This document shows positions 41,942 to 52,411 of a stretch of 64,000 nt of DNA, one piece after another. The notes beneath the pieces are model-generated. The model was not told where the DNA came from. It saw only the letters and a list, made by a program, of their open reading frames with translations, and did not search any database. The stretch spans positions 544,001 through 608,000 of the forward strand of contig CAWCAG010000007.1 in NCBI GenBank assembly GCA_963793425.1, given 5' to 3'. Numbering within the stretch: position 1 is the first letter of the stretch; each line of letters opens with the position of its first letter. Position numbers and translations under genes: made by a program. The stretch is from an uncultured cyanobacterium (lineage in GTDB: Bacteria; Cyanobacteriota; Cyanobacteriia; Cyanobacteriales; CAWCAG01).

Positions 41942-43339
41942 TTAAACATCATTGTACGGCTTTGCCGTTGTGCTAGACGTGGTTGATAACTGAAAAAAGC
42001 TGGCCACAATTGCCATAGATAACCACCAAAGACTACTAATTTGAGGACGATACCAAACCGTATCCACAACACCATGGGCTAACATCCCAGCGATCGCAGC
42101 CAGGGAAGCGATTAACCAATATCCTTGTTTGTTGCCCGATTCCCTTAAGTAAGTCAAGGTTTTGTAACCATGTTGATAGGTGACAGTCATCAACCACAGG
42201 AAAGCTGATAAGCCAATAAAACCAGTTTCTACAGCAATTTCTAGAAAGATGGAGTAAGCACTCAAAGCCGTAAAACGGGGGCGTTGGTAAAGGGGATAGA
42301 TGGCATTGAAGGCATCATTGCCAGGGCCTATACCAATTAAGGGGCGATCGCGAATCATTTCAAAAACTGCTGCCCAAACATTCATGCGGAAATTATTACT
42401 ACTATCTTCTCTTCCTGCAAAGATACTCATTACTCGTAACCGTAAAGGTTCAACGAAAATTGCTGCGGTGATCAGAAAAGCGGCCATACCTCCAAAAACC
42501 AAAGGAAGCAGCCATTTACGCCAAAAGCTTGGTAAGTAAGCATCCCACCAAACACGTAGTAGGAGTAAAAAAACTAAAACAAGAGCCAACAGCCCGATCC
42601 AACCGCCGCGACTATCAGTAAAGTATAGGCAAGCGGTGTTAACCAGAATCATTGTTGCTGCTAGTATTCTCGGTAGCCAAAGTCGCCACACAAAGAAAGC
42701 TGCCAGACTTAACGCTACAGCGGTTAATAAATATCCTGCTAAGAGATTAGGATTGCCTAAATAACTATAAGCCCGTGTATCCTGTGCCAGTTGTGAGGTG
42801 GGATCATTCCAAGTTGCTAATTGTTCTGCCCCAAAAATCTCCTGTCTGATGCCATAAACACTGACAACTAAGGCTACATGGAGGAAGATACCAATTACCC
42901 AAGAGCGCAAGGTGGCAGAACGCAAAACTAATGAAGCTAGGGTAAAAAAGATAATATAAAGGGTAAGTTTTACCCAACCAGAAAAAGCAGCTTCCTTAAC
43001 TGGAGAAAAAGCTGTGGCAACGGTGGCAATCCCCCAATACATAAATACGAGCAAATGTACTGGAGTCAAAACTATTCGGGTATTATCTGTCGCAACGAAG
43101 AGGAAACAATAGCTTACACAAGCTATCAACAATAAACCGATCAAGGAAGTAGAAACAAAAGGACTAGTTACCAAAACTAGACTAACTAATAGCAGCCCTA
43201 TGGTTTCTGCCCACTGAAGTAACCAGCTTCCTTGTCGCCAATCACTTAATAAGCCAACTAAGCGATATAAGAAACTTGCCCCTCTCCATCTATAAAGGTT
43301 CAAGTCAGAAAGAGTAAATCTTTGCCAAGCAGAATACAT
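41942..43339 (-). CDS. ictB: IctB family protein (O-antigen ligase-like; putative bicarbonate transporter)
   Basis: R.YSYLGNPNLLAGYL, SRGGW, DSSNNFR and GIGPGN motifs. Confidence 0.88.
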   Translation of the reverse strand: MYSAWQRFTLSDLNLYRWRGASFLYRLVGLLSDWRQGSWLLQWAETIGLLLVSLVLVTSPFVSTSLIGLLLIACVSYCFLFVATDNTRIVLTPVHLLVFMYWGIATVATAFSPVKEAAFSGWVKLTLYIIFFTLASLVLRSATLRSWVIGIFLHVALVVSVYGIRQEIFGAEQLATWNDPTSQLAQDTRAYSYLGNPNLLAGYLLTAVALSLAAFFVWRLWLPRILAATMILVNTACLYFTDSRGGWIGLLALVLVFLLLLRVWWDAYLPSFWRKWLLPLVFGGMAAFLITAAIFVEPLRLRVMSIFAGREDSSNNFRMNVWAAVFEMIRDRPLIGIGPGNDAFNAIYPLYQRPRFTALSAYSIFLEIAVETGFIGLSAFLWLMTVTYQHGYKTLTYLRESGNKQGYWLIASLAAIAGMLAHGVVDTVWYRPQISSLWWLSMAIVASFFQLSTTSSTTAKPYNDV

Positions 43340-43503
43340 AATAAAGTTGCTAATTGCTAATGGCTAATTGCTAATAGGGAAAGTCCTCTTGCAAGAGGCA
43401 AAAGTTTTATTCTCATCACCTCATCATCTCATTAACCTTGCCCAAAAGGGAACAGGCTAGGATTTGAGGTTTCTATTAACGATTAGTAATTAACTATTCT
43501 CTT

Positions 43504-45084
43504 TCAAATTTGCTCTCCAGGAGACATTTGAGGCAAATTGAGAACATAACGATAGCCAGATTCTAACGAACCTTGAACAGAAATTTTGCCGCCGTGCATT
43601 TCTGCTAACTGACAGCTTAGCAGTAAGCCAAGAATTTCGCGAGAATTGCTTTTGTTATTATCTTTGTTTTGTTCGGCTTTTTTGTAAGCAGCAATAATCC
43701 CAGAAGTTACTGCTTCTGAGCGACCATTAGGAGTGCCTCTGCGTTCTTGGCTTAATTCTGAAATTGCTTCTAAACCTTGAGTCGCATAATTACTAATCAA
43801 AGGAGAATACAATTCCATTTGGGGCAAGCCATCTCCTAACCAAGGATGGGAAACCCAAACCGAAATTTGTAACTTACTAGCTTTGCGGGAGACATGAACC
43901 CGCACTTCTCCCCCTGCTTCAGCAGATTCAACGACGCTAAAAATTAAGTAGTAGAGGGTTTGTCTTACTTTCTCTTTATCTAAAAGCCAGATCCGGTTTC
44001 CTGGTTCTACGCTTAAGCGAATCTCTTGTTCTTGCTGCTGTGCCATCTGACTCAGCTTATTAATAGCTTGTTGGCAGAGCATTTCTATGTCTACCGAAGT
44101 TAAATTGAGTCTTTGGGTATCTTCCCCCATGACTCCTAGATTAACTATTTCCTCCACTAAAGCAAGCAAATGCTGCCCACTATTGTGAATAATATCTAAA
44201 TATTCTTTCTGTTTTCTGGTTAAAGGGCCATAAACTTCATGCCCCAAAACACTAGCCATACCCATAACTGAAGTTAAAGGCGTTTTCAGTTCTTGGGTAA
44301 GCTGGGCTAAGAGTTTGACTTTTAACCCGTCTGTGGAAGAAGGAGAAGGTGGTGGAGAAGAATCCCACTCAGATTGGTAGTTGAGGGGAGAATGTAATCC
44401 TTCCATATTAGCCTTTCTTCTTCCTTCAAGGGAAAACTCTGCTCTAAAAGCTGATGGTTCAGTGGTTCGCGATCGCCCACCTCGTTGCTGATTTTCCCAT
44501 AGGCGGCTGCGTTCAAATTCACTCAGACACCAACGGGCTGTCATAACTAGAAACTGGATATCTTTTTCTGAGAATTGACGAGGTACAACATCCATGATTT
44601 CCAGACTACCTAAGCATTCTCCATTAGCCTGGATTAAAGGTACACCCAGGTAAGCACGAATACCATAGTGCTGGCTCAAACTGCTACGGGAAAATACTAA
44701 ATCCTCTAGGGTATCTTCAATAACTAAGCTGTTTTGACTCTCAACAACAAAGGTACAAAAAGCTTCTCCACGGGGCATCTTTCTCGATACTGCTAACTGA
44801 TTCATTAACCCAATACTAGATAAGCCCAGGGTTGATTTCAGCCAAACTTGCTCTTGCACCATGAGGCTCAAAACACCAATGGGGGCTGCTAAAATGCGGG
44901 CGGCAGTTTGGGTTGCTTCGTCAAAAACTGGTACAGTTTCCACCTCCAACAAACCTAAACTGTTTAAGGCAGCAAGTCGTTTTTGTTCTCGTTCTGTAGG
45001 GGTCAGACCATCTAAACGACAAAAGAGTCTATTGTTTTTAGGGTTGCTCATATTTGCCCCCATCCCTGTATCGGCTGCTCGCAT
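43504..45084 (-). CDS. GAF-domain histidine-kinase-like protein (H-box His replaced by Gln)
   Basis: E..RL.AL..LGLL GAF; TQELKTPLTS; LAEMHGG. Confidence 0.85.
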   Translation of the reverse strand: MRAADTGMGANMSNPKNNRLFCRLDGLTPTEREQKRLAALNSLGLLEVETVPVFDEATQTAARILAAPIGVLSLMVQEQVWLKSTLGLSSIGLMNQLAVSRKMPRGEAFCTFVVESQNSLVIEDTLEDLVFSRSSLSQHYGIRAYLGVPLIQANGECLGSLEIMDVVPRQFSEKDIQFLVMTARWCLSEFERSRLWENQQRGGRSRTTEPSAFRAEFSLEGRRKANMEGLHSPLNYQSEWDSSPPPSPSSTDGLKVKLLAQLTQELKTPLTSVMGMASVLGHEVYGPLTRKQKEYLDIIHNSGQHLLALVEEIVNLGVMGEDTQRLNLTSVDIEMLCQQAINKLSQMAQQQEQEIRLSVEPGNRIWLLDKEKVRQTLYYLIFSVVESAEAGGEVRVHVSRKASKLQISVWVSHPWLGDGLPQMELYSPLISNYATQGLEAISELSQERRGTPNGRSEAVTSGIIAAYKKAEQNKDNNKSNSREILGLLLSCQLAEMHGGKISVQGSLESGYRYVLNLPQMSPGEQI

Positions 45085-45431
45085 TTATTGTCCAAACAAG
45101 ACTGTTTTTTTAAGGTTGCCTACTACACTTAACGTTCCCTGAAGTTGCGTTTAACAAACACATCAAGACACAGATAGTTTAAGGTATTTGCGTGGTAACT
45201 TTATTTTTCACCCTACCCTTAGTAGATATACACTTAGTGGGATAAATTTCAGCAACAACACTTGCTCTTATTTTCCTCAATAAACTTAAGAAATAAACCC
45301 ACTTTCAGACAGAGATATTAAAAATAAATATCTCAAAAATCAACTTTGCTAGTTTGAGGGCATTATAGGGTGAATGTCTAGTTTATTATAAATTAGTTGG
45401 CAATTATGTTTGTTTTCCCACAATTTTCCAG

Positions 45432-46160
45432 CTAAGATTTTTTTGACCAAGCTTGGTGAGAGAGTAAAGCCGCAATCACCCTAGTTCCCCTAAGCTGGTT
45501 GGAGAGGGGGAGATGTCCTTTAGGAGCCTGAAGAGTCCAAGTAAATTCACCAGGATAGCGAGTCCATGTATTACCCTGCTTCCAATTAATTTTGTGCCAT
45601 AAACTAGAAAAGTCTTTGCCAACTCCTAGCCATATTTCTCGCTGTACAGAGAAGCCAAATTTACCTTCAGAATGGCTTAACCACAGGTTATTGATGGTTT
45701 GTAAATCTGTTACTGGTAATTGAGCAACTTCGGTAAAATAAAGCCAGTTTCTTTGTTGGGCTTCAACCCCAACCAATTGACAGAGTTTTTCTAATGTCAA
45801 ACGGTCAGCAGCCTGAAAATCTTGTTGAGCAAGAAGTTTTTGTAGAGGTTGATAGTCTATATTTTTATCTGTTTGCAGAGGAACTAATCCTGTCGGAAAG
45901 TGAGTTTGGAGAAATTCTTGGCTATTGAGGTCATTACTTTGATAAAGGACTTGATAAACTTTACCTGCCACTAAATCAGGAAACTCTAATTGCCGTTGCA
46001 AGAGAAATTCTTGCAGCACTTCTAAACCTGGTTCCCCTGCTTGTACTAACTGAGGAATGGACTTAAGCTGATTTTTCCCTGACTCTGAGCGTAACTGAAC
46101 CTCTAATTGGGCGATCGCTGAATCTGGATTTTGGACTGAGACGATATTTTGCTCCGTCAT
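45432..46160 (-). CDS. gun4: GUN4 (Ycf53) porphyrin-binding Mg-chelatase cofactor
   Basis: DY.PLQ.LL, LW..HS.GKFGFSVQ and GHLPLSNQLRG motifs. Confidence 0.9.
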   Translation of the reverse strand: MTEQNIVSVQNPDSAIAQLEVQLRSESGKNQLKSIPQLVQAGEPGLEVLQEFLLQRQLEFPDLVAGKVYQVLYQSNDLNSQEFLQTHFPTGLVPLQTDKNIDYQPLQKLLAQQDFQAADRLTLEKLCQLVGVEAQQRNWLYFTEVAQLPVTDLQTINNLWLSHSEGKFGFSVQREIWLGVGKDFSSLWHKINWKQGNTWTRYPGEFTWTLQAPKGHLPLSNQLRGTRVIAALLSHQAWSKKS

Positions 46161-46293
46161 AAAAAACTCTTCGGGATATAGATTCTTGATAGTTGTTAAT
46201 TTTTGGGTTCTAAAAAAGTGAGTAGGGATTGCTACTCTTTTCTTTTATATAGTCATGATTAATTGTATCGGCTAGAGGTTACAGCTTGATTGC

Positions 46294-47004
46294 CTAATTC
46301 CGGCCAGAGACTTGATAGCCCTGTTCATAGGCAAAGCGTACTAGTTGAGAACGGTTTTCTAATTGTAATTTACCTAAAATGTTACTGAGGTGGGTTTGTA
46401 CTGTACGGGGACTAATCAGTAATAGCTGACTAATTTGTTTGTTGGTTAACCCTTGGATCACCTCCCAGAATACTCTTTCCTCAGCAGGGGTTAGGGGTAA
46501 AGGTTGAGGTTTAGAATGAGCTTCTTTCTCCAATTTTTGCTGATGATTATTTGTAGAAGGGAAACTAGAGGTTGTTGATACAGAATTTACTGTCCCCATC
46601 TTCTGCATCAAACGGACAATCTCTGTGTGGATACGGTGGGATCGCTCTAGCTGCACTTCTATTTTCGCGACTAATTCCCTAGTATCAAAAGGTTTGGTTA
46701 AATAGTCATCTGCTCCTGTAGAGTGTCCTTGAATTCTATCTTCTAGTTGCCCTTTACAAGAAAGGAAAATGAAAGGGACTAACTGACCAGAGGGAGTAGA
46801 ACGTAGAGTACGACAAAAAGCTAAGCCATCCATTTCTGGCATAACGACATCAGAAACTACTAAATCAGGAGGATTTTTATTAAAAGCTACTAACCCTTCT
46901 TTACCTGATTGTACTACTTCAACTTGGTATCCCTGTTTTTCCAAATAACGCTTAAGAACGATTCGCAGGGTGTTGTCATCGTCTACTACTAAAATTCTTT
47001 TCAT
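46294..47004 (-). CDS. NarL/LuxR family response regulator
   Basis: Receiver domain (VVDDD, SDVVMP, KPF) and LuxR HTH (LTPAE...ISPRTVQTH). Confidence 0.92.
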   Translation of the reverse strand: MKRILVVDDDNTLRIVLKRYLEKQGYQVEVVQSGKEGLVAFNKNPPDLVVSDVVMPEMDGLAFCRTLRSTPSGQLVPFIFLSCKGQLEDRIQGHSTGADDYLTKPFDTRELVAKIEVQLERSHRIHTEIVRLMQKMGTVNSVSTTSSFPSTNNHQQKLEKEAHSKPQPLPLTPAEERVFWEVIQGLTNKQISQLLLISPRTVQTHLSNILGKLQLENRSQLVRFAYEQGYQVSGRN

Positions 47005-47299
47005 TTTACGTTCGTTACGGAGGCAATGTACTTAGACACACAAGTTAAATTACAACAGCTATTTAGGAGAAACCCTGTTCTTTTGAATTTTCTTCCTTAT
47101 ATACAAGTATAAAAATAACTGCCCTGTTAAAAATGTTTTGATGCACCCGGTAATAAATTACACCCCTAGAGCCTAGCATTTACGAAGCTAACTGGCGCTT
47201 ATTTTCCAAATATTTTTGCCAATGTGTTTACGGCTAAGAGTTTTTTCCTTTAATATCTGGTAGCCTACCTAAGATGTCATAGTCTCGTTAACACTTGTT

Positions 47300-48720
47300 A
47301 TGTACGAAAAAATTACTCCTCCTGATGTCGGTTCCAAAATTACTTTCAAAGCAGGAGAGCCAGTGGTTGCTGATGATCCCATTATCCCTTTTATTCGCGG
47401 TGATGGCACGGGTGTAGATATTTGGCCAGCAACTCAGAAGACTATTGATGCTGCGGTTGAAGCAGCTTATGGTGGTCAGCGCAAAATTAATTGGTTTAAG
47501 ATTTATGCTGGGGATGAAGCCTGCGAAAAGTACGGTACTTATCAGTATTTACCCCAGGATACTTTAACTGCAATTAGAGAATACGGTGTGGCGATTAAAG
47601 GCCCTTTGACAACTCCTGTAGGAGGAGGAATCCGTTCTCTTAACGTTGCTCTGCGGCAAATTAATGACCTCTATGCTTGTGTACGCCCTTGTCGTTATTA
47701 TCCCGGAACTCCTTCTCCTCACAAGTCACCGGAGAAGTTAGATATCATTGTTTACCGAGAAAATACTGAAGATATTTATCTCGGTATTGAATGGGCAAAA
47801 GGAACAGAAATTGCTGAGAAATTGATTAAAATTCTCAATGAAGATTTAATTCCTGCCACCCCTGAACATGGTAAAAAGCAAATTCCCCTTGATGCTGGTA
47901 TCGGTATTAAACCCATTAGTAAGACTGGTTCGCAACGTTTGGTACGCCGTGCTATTCAACACGCCCTACGTCTGCCCCCAGCTAAGCAGCAAGTTACTTT
48001 GGTGCATAAAGGCAATATTATGAAATATACCGAAGGCGCGTTTCGAGATTGGGGCTATGAGTTAGCGATTACCGAATTTCGTGATGTTTGTATCACTGAA
48101 AGGGAATCTTGGATTCTGAGTAATAAAGATAGTAATCCTGACCTGAGTGTGGAAGAAAATGCTCGGAAAATCGATCCGGGTTATAACTCTTTAACTCCGG
48201 AGAAGCAAAAGGAAATTTCTCAGGAAGTTGAGGCGGTTTTAAACTCAATTGGGGAAAGCCACGGCAATGGTAAATGGCAAGAGAAGGTGATGGTGAATGA
48301 TCGCATTGCTGATAGTATTTTTCAGCAGATCCAAACTAGACCTGATGAGTATTCTATCCTGGCTACCATGAATCTTAACGGGGATTATCTCTCTGATGCC
48401 GCAGCCGCCATTGTCGGGGGCTTAGGTATGGGGCTGGGGCTAATATTGGTGATAGTTGTGCTATTTTTGAGGCTACCCACGGTACTGCACCGAAACACGC
48501 TGGCTTAGATCGGATTAATCCTGGTTCTTTGATTCTCTCAGCAAAAATGATGCTTGCTTATTTAGGTTGGACTGAAGCTGCTGATTTAATTAATAAAGGT
48601 TTGAGTGGTGCAATCGCCTCTCAAAAAGTGACCTACGATTTGGCAAGGTTGATGAATCCTCCCGTGGAACCTTTAAAATGTTCTGAGTTTGCTGAGGCGA
48701 TTATTGAACACTTCAACTAA
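47300..48720 (+). CDS. icd: NADP-dependent isocitrate dehydrogenase, frameshifted at about 48434
   Basis: [29 protein letters not shown]; continues in another frame as GANIG...[13 protein letters not shown]. Confidence 0.95.
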
Positions 48721-48739
48721 ATAACAATCTAGCAGCAAA

Positions 48740-48778
48740 AGGAACACGGCTTGATTAACAAAGATAAGCCGTGTTCCT
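48740..48778. terminator. Hairpin between convergent icd and clpP
   Basis: Perfect 13-bp inverted repeat AGGAACACGGCTT / AAGCCGTGTTCCT. Confidence 0.75.
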
Positions 48779-48795
48779 AGGAAATGGTAATTTTT

Positions 48796-49395
48796 TTAAT
48801 CAGGAGGATTAACCGCAGAAGGACGACGTTCAATTACTTGATCAATTAGTCCGTATTCTACAGATTCTTTGGGAGACATGAAGAAATCTCTTTCTGTGTC
48901 TCGTTCAATTTTTTCTAAGGGTTGTCCTGTATGTTGAGCGAGATAGTTATTAAGCTGTTTTTTCAGGTATAAAATTTCTTTAGCCTGAATTTCAATATCC
49001 GTAGCTTGTCCACGAGCGCCCCCTAAAGGTTGATGAATCATAATGCGAGAATGGGGTAAACTCATGCGTTTTCCTTTCGCACCCGCACTAAGAAGGAAAG
49101 CACCCATGCTAGCAGCCAATCCTAAACAGATAGTGCAGACATCAGGACGAATTTGATTCATTGCATCGAACATACCCATTCCTGCCGATACTGAACCCCC
49201 AGGAGAGTTGATATATAAGTAAATATCTTTGTCAGGATCTTCAGCTTCGAGAAAGAGTAATTGAGCAACAACCAAATTAGCTATTTCATCAGTTACTTGT
49301 TGCCCTAAAAAGACAATGCGTTCTCTTAATAATCTAGAGTAGATATCGAAGGCGCGTTCACCACGACCGGAAGTTTCAATAACTGTAGGAATCAT
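48796..49395 (-). CDS. clpP: ATP-dependent Clp protease proteolytic subunit
   Basis: [22 protein letters not shown] and IMIHQP motifs. Confidence 0.97.
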   Translation of the reverse strand: MIPTVIETSGRGERAFDIYSRLLRERIVFLGQQVTDEIANLVVAQLLFLEAEDPDKDIYLYINSPGGSVSAGMGMFDAMNQIRPDVCTICLGLAASMGAFLLSAGAKGKRMSLPHSRIMIHQPLGGARGQATDIEIQAKEILYLKKQLNNYLAQHTGQPLEKIERDTERDFFMSPKESVEYGLIDQVIERRPSAVNPPD

Positions 49396-49472
49396 AAGGT
49401 TTGAGCTTGATTGTTACTTTTTTTTGATTGTAGCTCTGTTAGTGGCAACTGCCCACGGGGGAAATCTACCCT

Positions 49473-50216
49473 TCAAAGTTCGTCAGGATTGATGCCTAAT
49501 TCCCGTAGTTTTGTTGCTAGCTTTTCTTCTCTAAGTTGGGCTTGGGTTAGTTTTTCTGTAGCTAATGAAATCATTTCCCCTTCTAAGGTATACCAACGTA
49601 ACCATAAACGCTCTATTCCTTCAAAACTACCTTGCCACAAACCTAAACTTAATTCTAATTCTGGTAATAACCAGCGCCCTTGGTAGGTTTCCATCCCTTC
49701 ATAATGTCCCCCTACCAAATGAAAAGCTTTTACTTCGTCGGTGTAGCGGCTGAAGATAAAATAGTAGGGGATTCTTAAAATTTGTTCGTAAACTTGCCAT
49801 TTCGTGGGCGGTTCGTTTGGTTTGCTTTCGGTTTCCCCTAAATCTTCTTTATCTGTGCCAGGAGAGAGAAATTCTGCGACGACATAGGGGTTAGCTTGTT
49901 CTTGCCAGGTAACATAGCTTAAGCGCATATCCCTCTGTTCATAAAGTCTCGGTATTCCTACTGCACCAAGCCAATCTGGGCGTTTATACCATAGGGGGTT
50001 GGTTATGGTGTAGTAGAGATTTATATCTACGGCAGAATAAACTAATTCTGGAGTCCAATTATGGGGTTGGAAGGTTAGATATAAAAGTAGAGGCTGTAAA
50101 AAGTGAAATTCGTCTGCCAATCCTGATTCCTCTGAATTTTCGCTGGGTAGATCGTACATCGTTGGCAGAGTTTCTCTAGGAGGTAGAGGAGGGTTAGATT
50201 GAGTTATGCTGGTCAT
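49473..50216 (-). CDS. Uma2 family endonuclease-like protein
   Basis: LPTMYDLPSE, RPDW, E.LSP.T...D and KW.VYE.IL.IPYY motifs. Confidence 0.9.
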   Translation of the reverse strand: MTSITQSNPPLPPRETLPTMYDLPSENSEESGLADEFHFLQPLLLYLTFQPHNWTPELVYSAVDINLYYTITNPLWYKRPDWLGAVGIPRLYEQRDMRLSYVTWQEQANPYVVAEFLSPGTDKEDLGETESKPNEPPTKWQVYEQILRIPYYFIFSRYTDEVKAFHLVGGHYEGMETYQGRWLLPELELSLGLWQGSFEGIERLWLRWYTLEGEMISLATEKLTQAQLREEKLATKLRELGINPDEL

Positions 50217-50803
50217 GAGTGAACTCTGGGTTCGGGGTGCAGCTTTGTGAGTAAATTACTTTCTGCGATCGCAAGCTCTTCTAATCTTTGTTCGACTAAA
50301 TCTCGTTCAAAGTAGGTATCTGCTAAAACCCAATAAATGCCATAATGACGGGCTTCTGAAGCGACTAAGCTGCGATAAAATTCAGCTAAGTCTGGTTCAG
50401 GACAATGGGTAGCCAGTAAGTCTAATCTTTCGTGGGAACGGGCTTCGATTAAGCAGGAGACGAGGAGAGAATCTAGTAGTCTGTTTGGTTCTTTTTTGCG
50501 AACTTGAGATTTTAAACCGGAACCATAGGGAGGGGCGTTTAACGGTGCAAGAGGAACTCCCCGCTTTTCTAACCATTGATTAACCATCTCAAAATGTTCT
50601 AATTCTTCTTGGGCGATGGTGGTTAACTGTTTGACTAGTTTGCTACGGGCAGGATAGCGAAACATGAAGTTAATCGCTACGCTGGCTGCTTTGCATTCGC
50701 AGTGAGAGTGATCTAAAAGGATTATATCTAAGTTATTAATAGCCTGCTCTACCCAAGCTTCGTTGGTAGGCTGTTTAAGGATTTTAATCTTTGCTACTAT
50801 CAT
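50213..50803 (-). CDS. miaE: tRNA ms2i6A hydroxylase
   Basis: DHSHCE.KAA, EELEHF, IEARS.ER and SEARH diiron motifs. Confidence 0.93.
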   Translation of the reverse strand: MIVAKIKILKQPTNEAWVEQAINNLDIILLDHSHCECKAASVAINFMFRYPARSKLVKQLTTIAQEELEHFEMVNQWLEKRGVPLAPLNAPPYGSGLKSQVRKKEPNRLLDSLLVSCLIEARSHERLDLLATHCPEPDLAEFYRSLVASEARHYGIYWVLADTYFERDLVEQRLEELAIAESNLLTKLHPEPRVHS

Positions 50804-50997
50804 TTATTATTAAACGCTTATAAGGCAATTGGGTTGCTTAGATGAGTTTTTTTGATTAGTACTTTTACTAAAATTGTCTCTTTTTATTTTCTTTAAATTG
50901 AGATGGGCATCTTCTCTTATTCTATGTTACAGGGATAGCCCATTTTTTTCTCAAGATTAATTACTAGACTTTGAATGAAATCAGGAAAGCTAGAAAG

Positions 50998-51837
50998 ATG
51001 CGAATAATATTTAACTTCTTCTTTGAGATAGAATTTTATTTGAAAGTAGCAATTAGTTGTACAATCTTTCAACAAGTTTTTTACTGGGTATTGCAGGATA
51101 TTAAACTCAACTTCTTTTCCCAAGTACTTTTATATTGGCTTGTTGCTTCTGTCTCATTTTATAGTATTGGCGTTTTTATTGAGAAGATTATTAAAAAGAA
51201 TGACAAATTGAGGGGTAAGTTAAATTCTAGGGTTAAGAAAGTAAAAAAACAACCATTTCCTGCTTTTACAGCCAAAGGCATTATGTTAGGAGAAATAAAA
51301 AGTTTTACCACCGCATTAATTATTCTTTTTCTAGCACCAGAAATTCATCGAGGGAATGGCTTACTTTTGAATCTTGCCTGGTTCTTAATGAGGATAGTTG
51401 TTGCTGACTTTTGTTTTTATATCGCTCATCGGTCACTGCACAGAAAATTCTTACAAAAAATTCATCTCAAACATCATGAATTTCGCGACACATCAAGTTT
51501 TGTAGCTGGGCATAAGAGCTTCTTAGAATATATTATTGTTACTATCACAGACCTTTTACCTATTTTTATCTTTGGCTATGATCTTACTCAAATATTAGCT
51601 TGGACTTTAATAGGTAATGCCTACAATTTAGAAGGTCATAGTTCATTATCAATATTTTTTATCTCCTCAGATTTTCATGATCTTCATCATACTGATTTCA
51701 GGAATAACTATGGTATTCAAGGATTTTGGGACAGGATATTTAAGACTTTGAATCCTCCTAACAAGAAGTCGGGAATTGTTTTTCCTGTTGCTTTATTAGA
51801 GAAGATTACCATGAAGTTATCTGACAGTATTGATTGA
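50998..51837 (+). CDS. Sterol desaturase / fatty acid hydroxylase family protein
   Basis: His boxes HRSLH, HLKHH and FHDLHH; NYG..WDR.F.T. Confidence 0.88.
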   Translation: MRIIFNFFFEIEFYLKVAISCTIFQQVFYWVLQDIKLNFFSQVLLYWLVASVSFYSIGVFIEKIIKKNDKLRGKLNSRVKKVKKQPFPAFTAKGIMLGEIKSFTTALIILFLAPEIHRGNGLLLNLAWFLMRIVVADFCFYIAHRSLHRKFLQKIHLKHHEFRDTSSFVAGHKSFLEYIIVTITDLLPIFIFGYDLTQILAWTLIGNAYNLEGHSSLSIFFISSDFHDLHHTDFRNNYGIQGFWDRIFKTLNPPNKKSGIVFPVALLEKITMKLSDSID

Positions 51838-52010
51838 GGTGAGGCTAAAGCCTCTGCGTGGCTTCCCTTACGCCCCTAAAGCCCATCTAATAAATTTAGC
51901 TAATGCTACATAAAAACAACTTATATGTTATCTCTCTTGCTATTTCCTGAACTTATGATTAAAGTGAAGATAGTTCCACTAAATGAGATTGAAATAATCG
52001 AGAGTACAAA

Positions 52011-52307
52011 ATGCTAACTTTCACTGAGAGAAACAACCGTCAGCCCTTAAACATACTTGAACCCATGCAAAGGAAGCTGGAAAACTTAGAAATAAACTCA
52101 GAACAACTAGCACGCAAAATTGTTAAACTTATTCCTTCTCAATGTCCCTTCGCCCGTGAAGTGCGTTTGTTTAATCGAGTTTTGTTTCGTATTCCGGCAC
52201 TTTGTAAACTCAATCCTTTTTATGAACAACTAACCATTTTGCGATTTCGTGCTTTGTGTTTTCTTGCCGACAAATGTGGTGAAGATGTTAGTATTTACTG
52301 CACATAA
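52011..52307 (+). CDS. 'Mo-dependent nitrogenase C-terminal' domain protein
   Basis: IPSQCPF.R...IP.LCKLNP.YEQL..LRFRAL..L. Confidence 0.85.
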   Translation: MLTFTERNNRQPLNILEPMQRKLENLEINSEQLARKIVKLIPSQCPFAREVRLFNRVLFRIPALCKLNPFYEQLTILRFRALCFLADKCGEDVSIYCT

Positions 52308-52411
52308 AGCGACGGAGAGACGGGGAGACTTTGTGACTCCCTACACCCCTGATATCAGGTTATAGTATCTAATCAAAACTTATTACTTTTAGCCACTAGC
52401 AATTAGCAAGT

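Noticed and set aside
43347..43376. Short (T/G)GCTAAT heptamer runs here and at about 62240-62275
   Set aside because: Ordinary cyanobacterial short tandem repeats next to gene starts
52011..52307. 'Mo-dependent nitrogenase' domain as evidence of nitrogen fixation
   Set aside because: This domain name is widespread in non-diazotrophic cyanobacteria and no nif genes are present here
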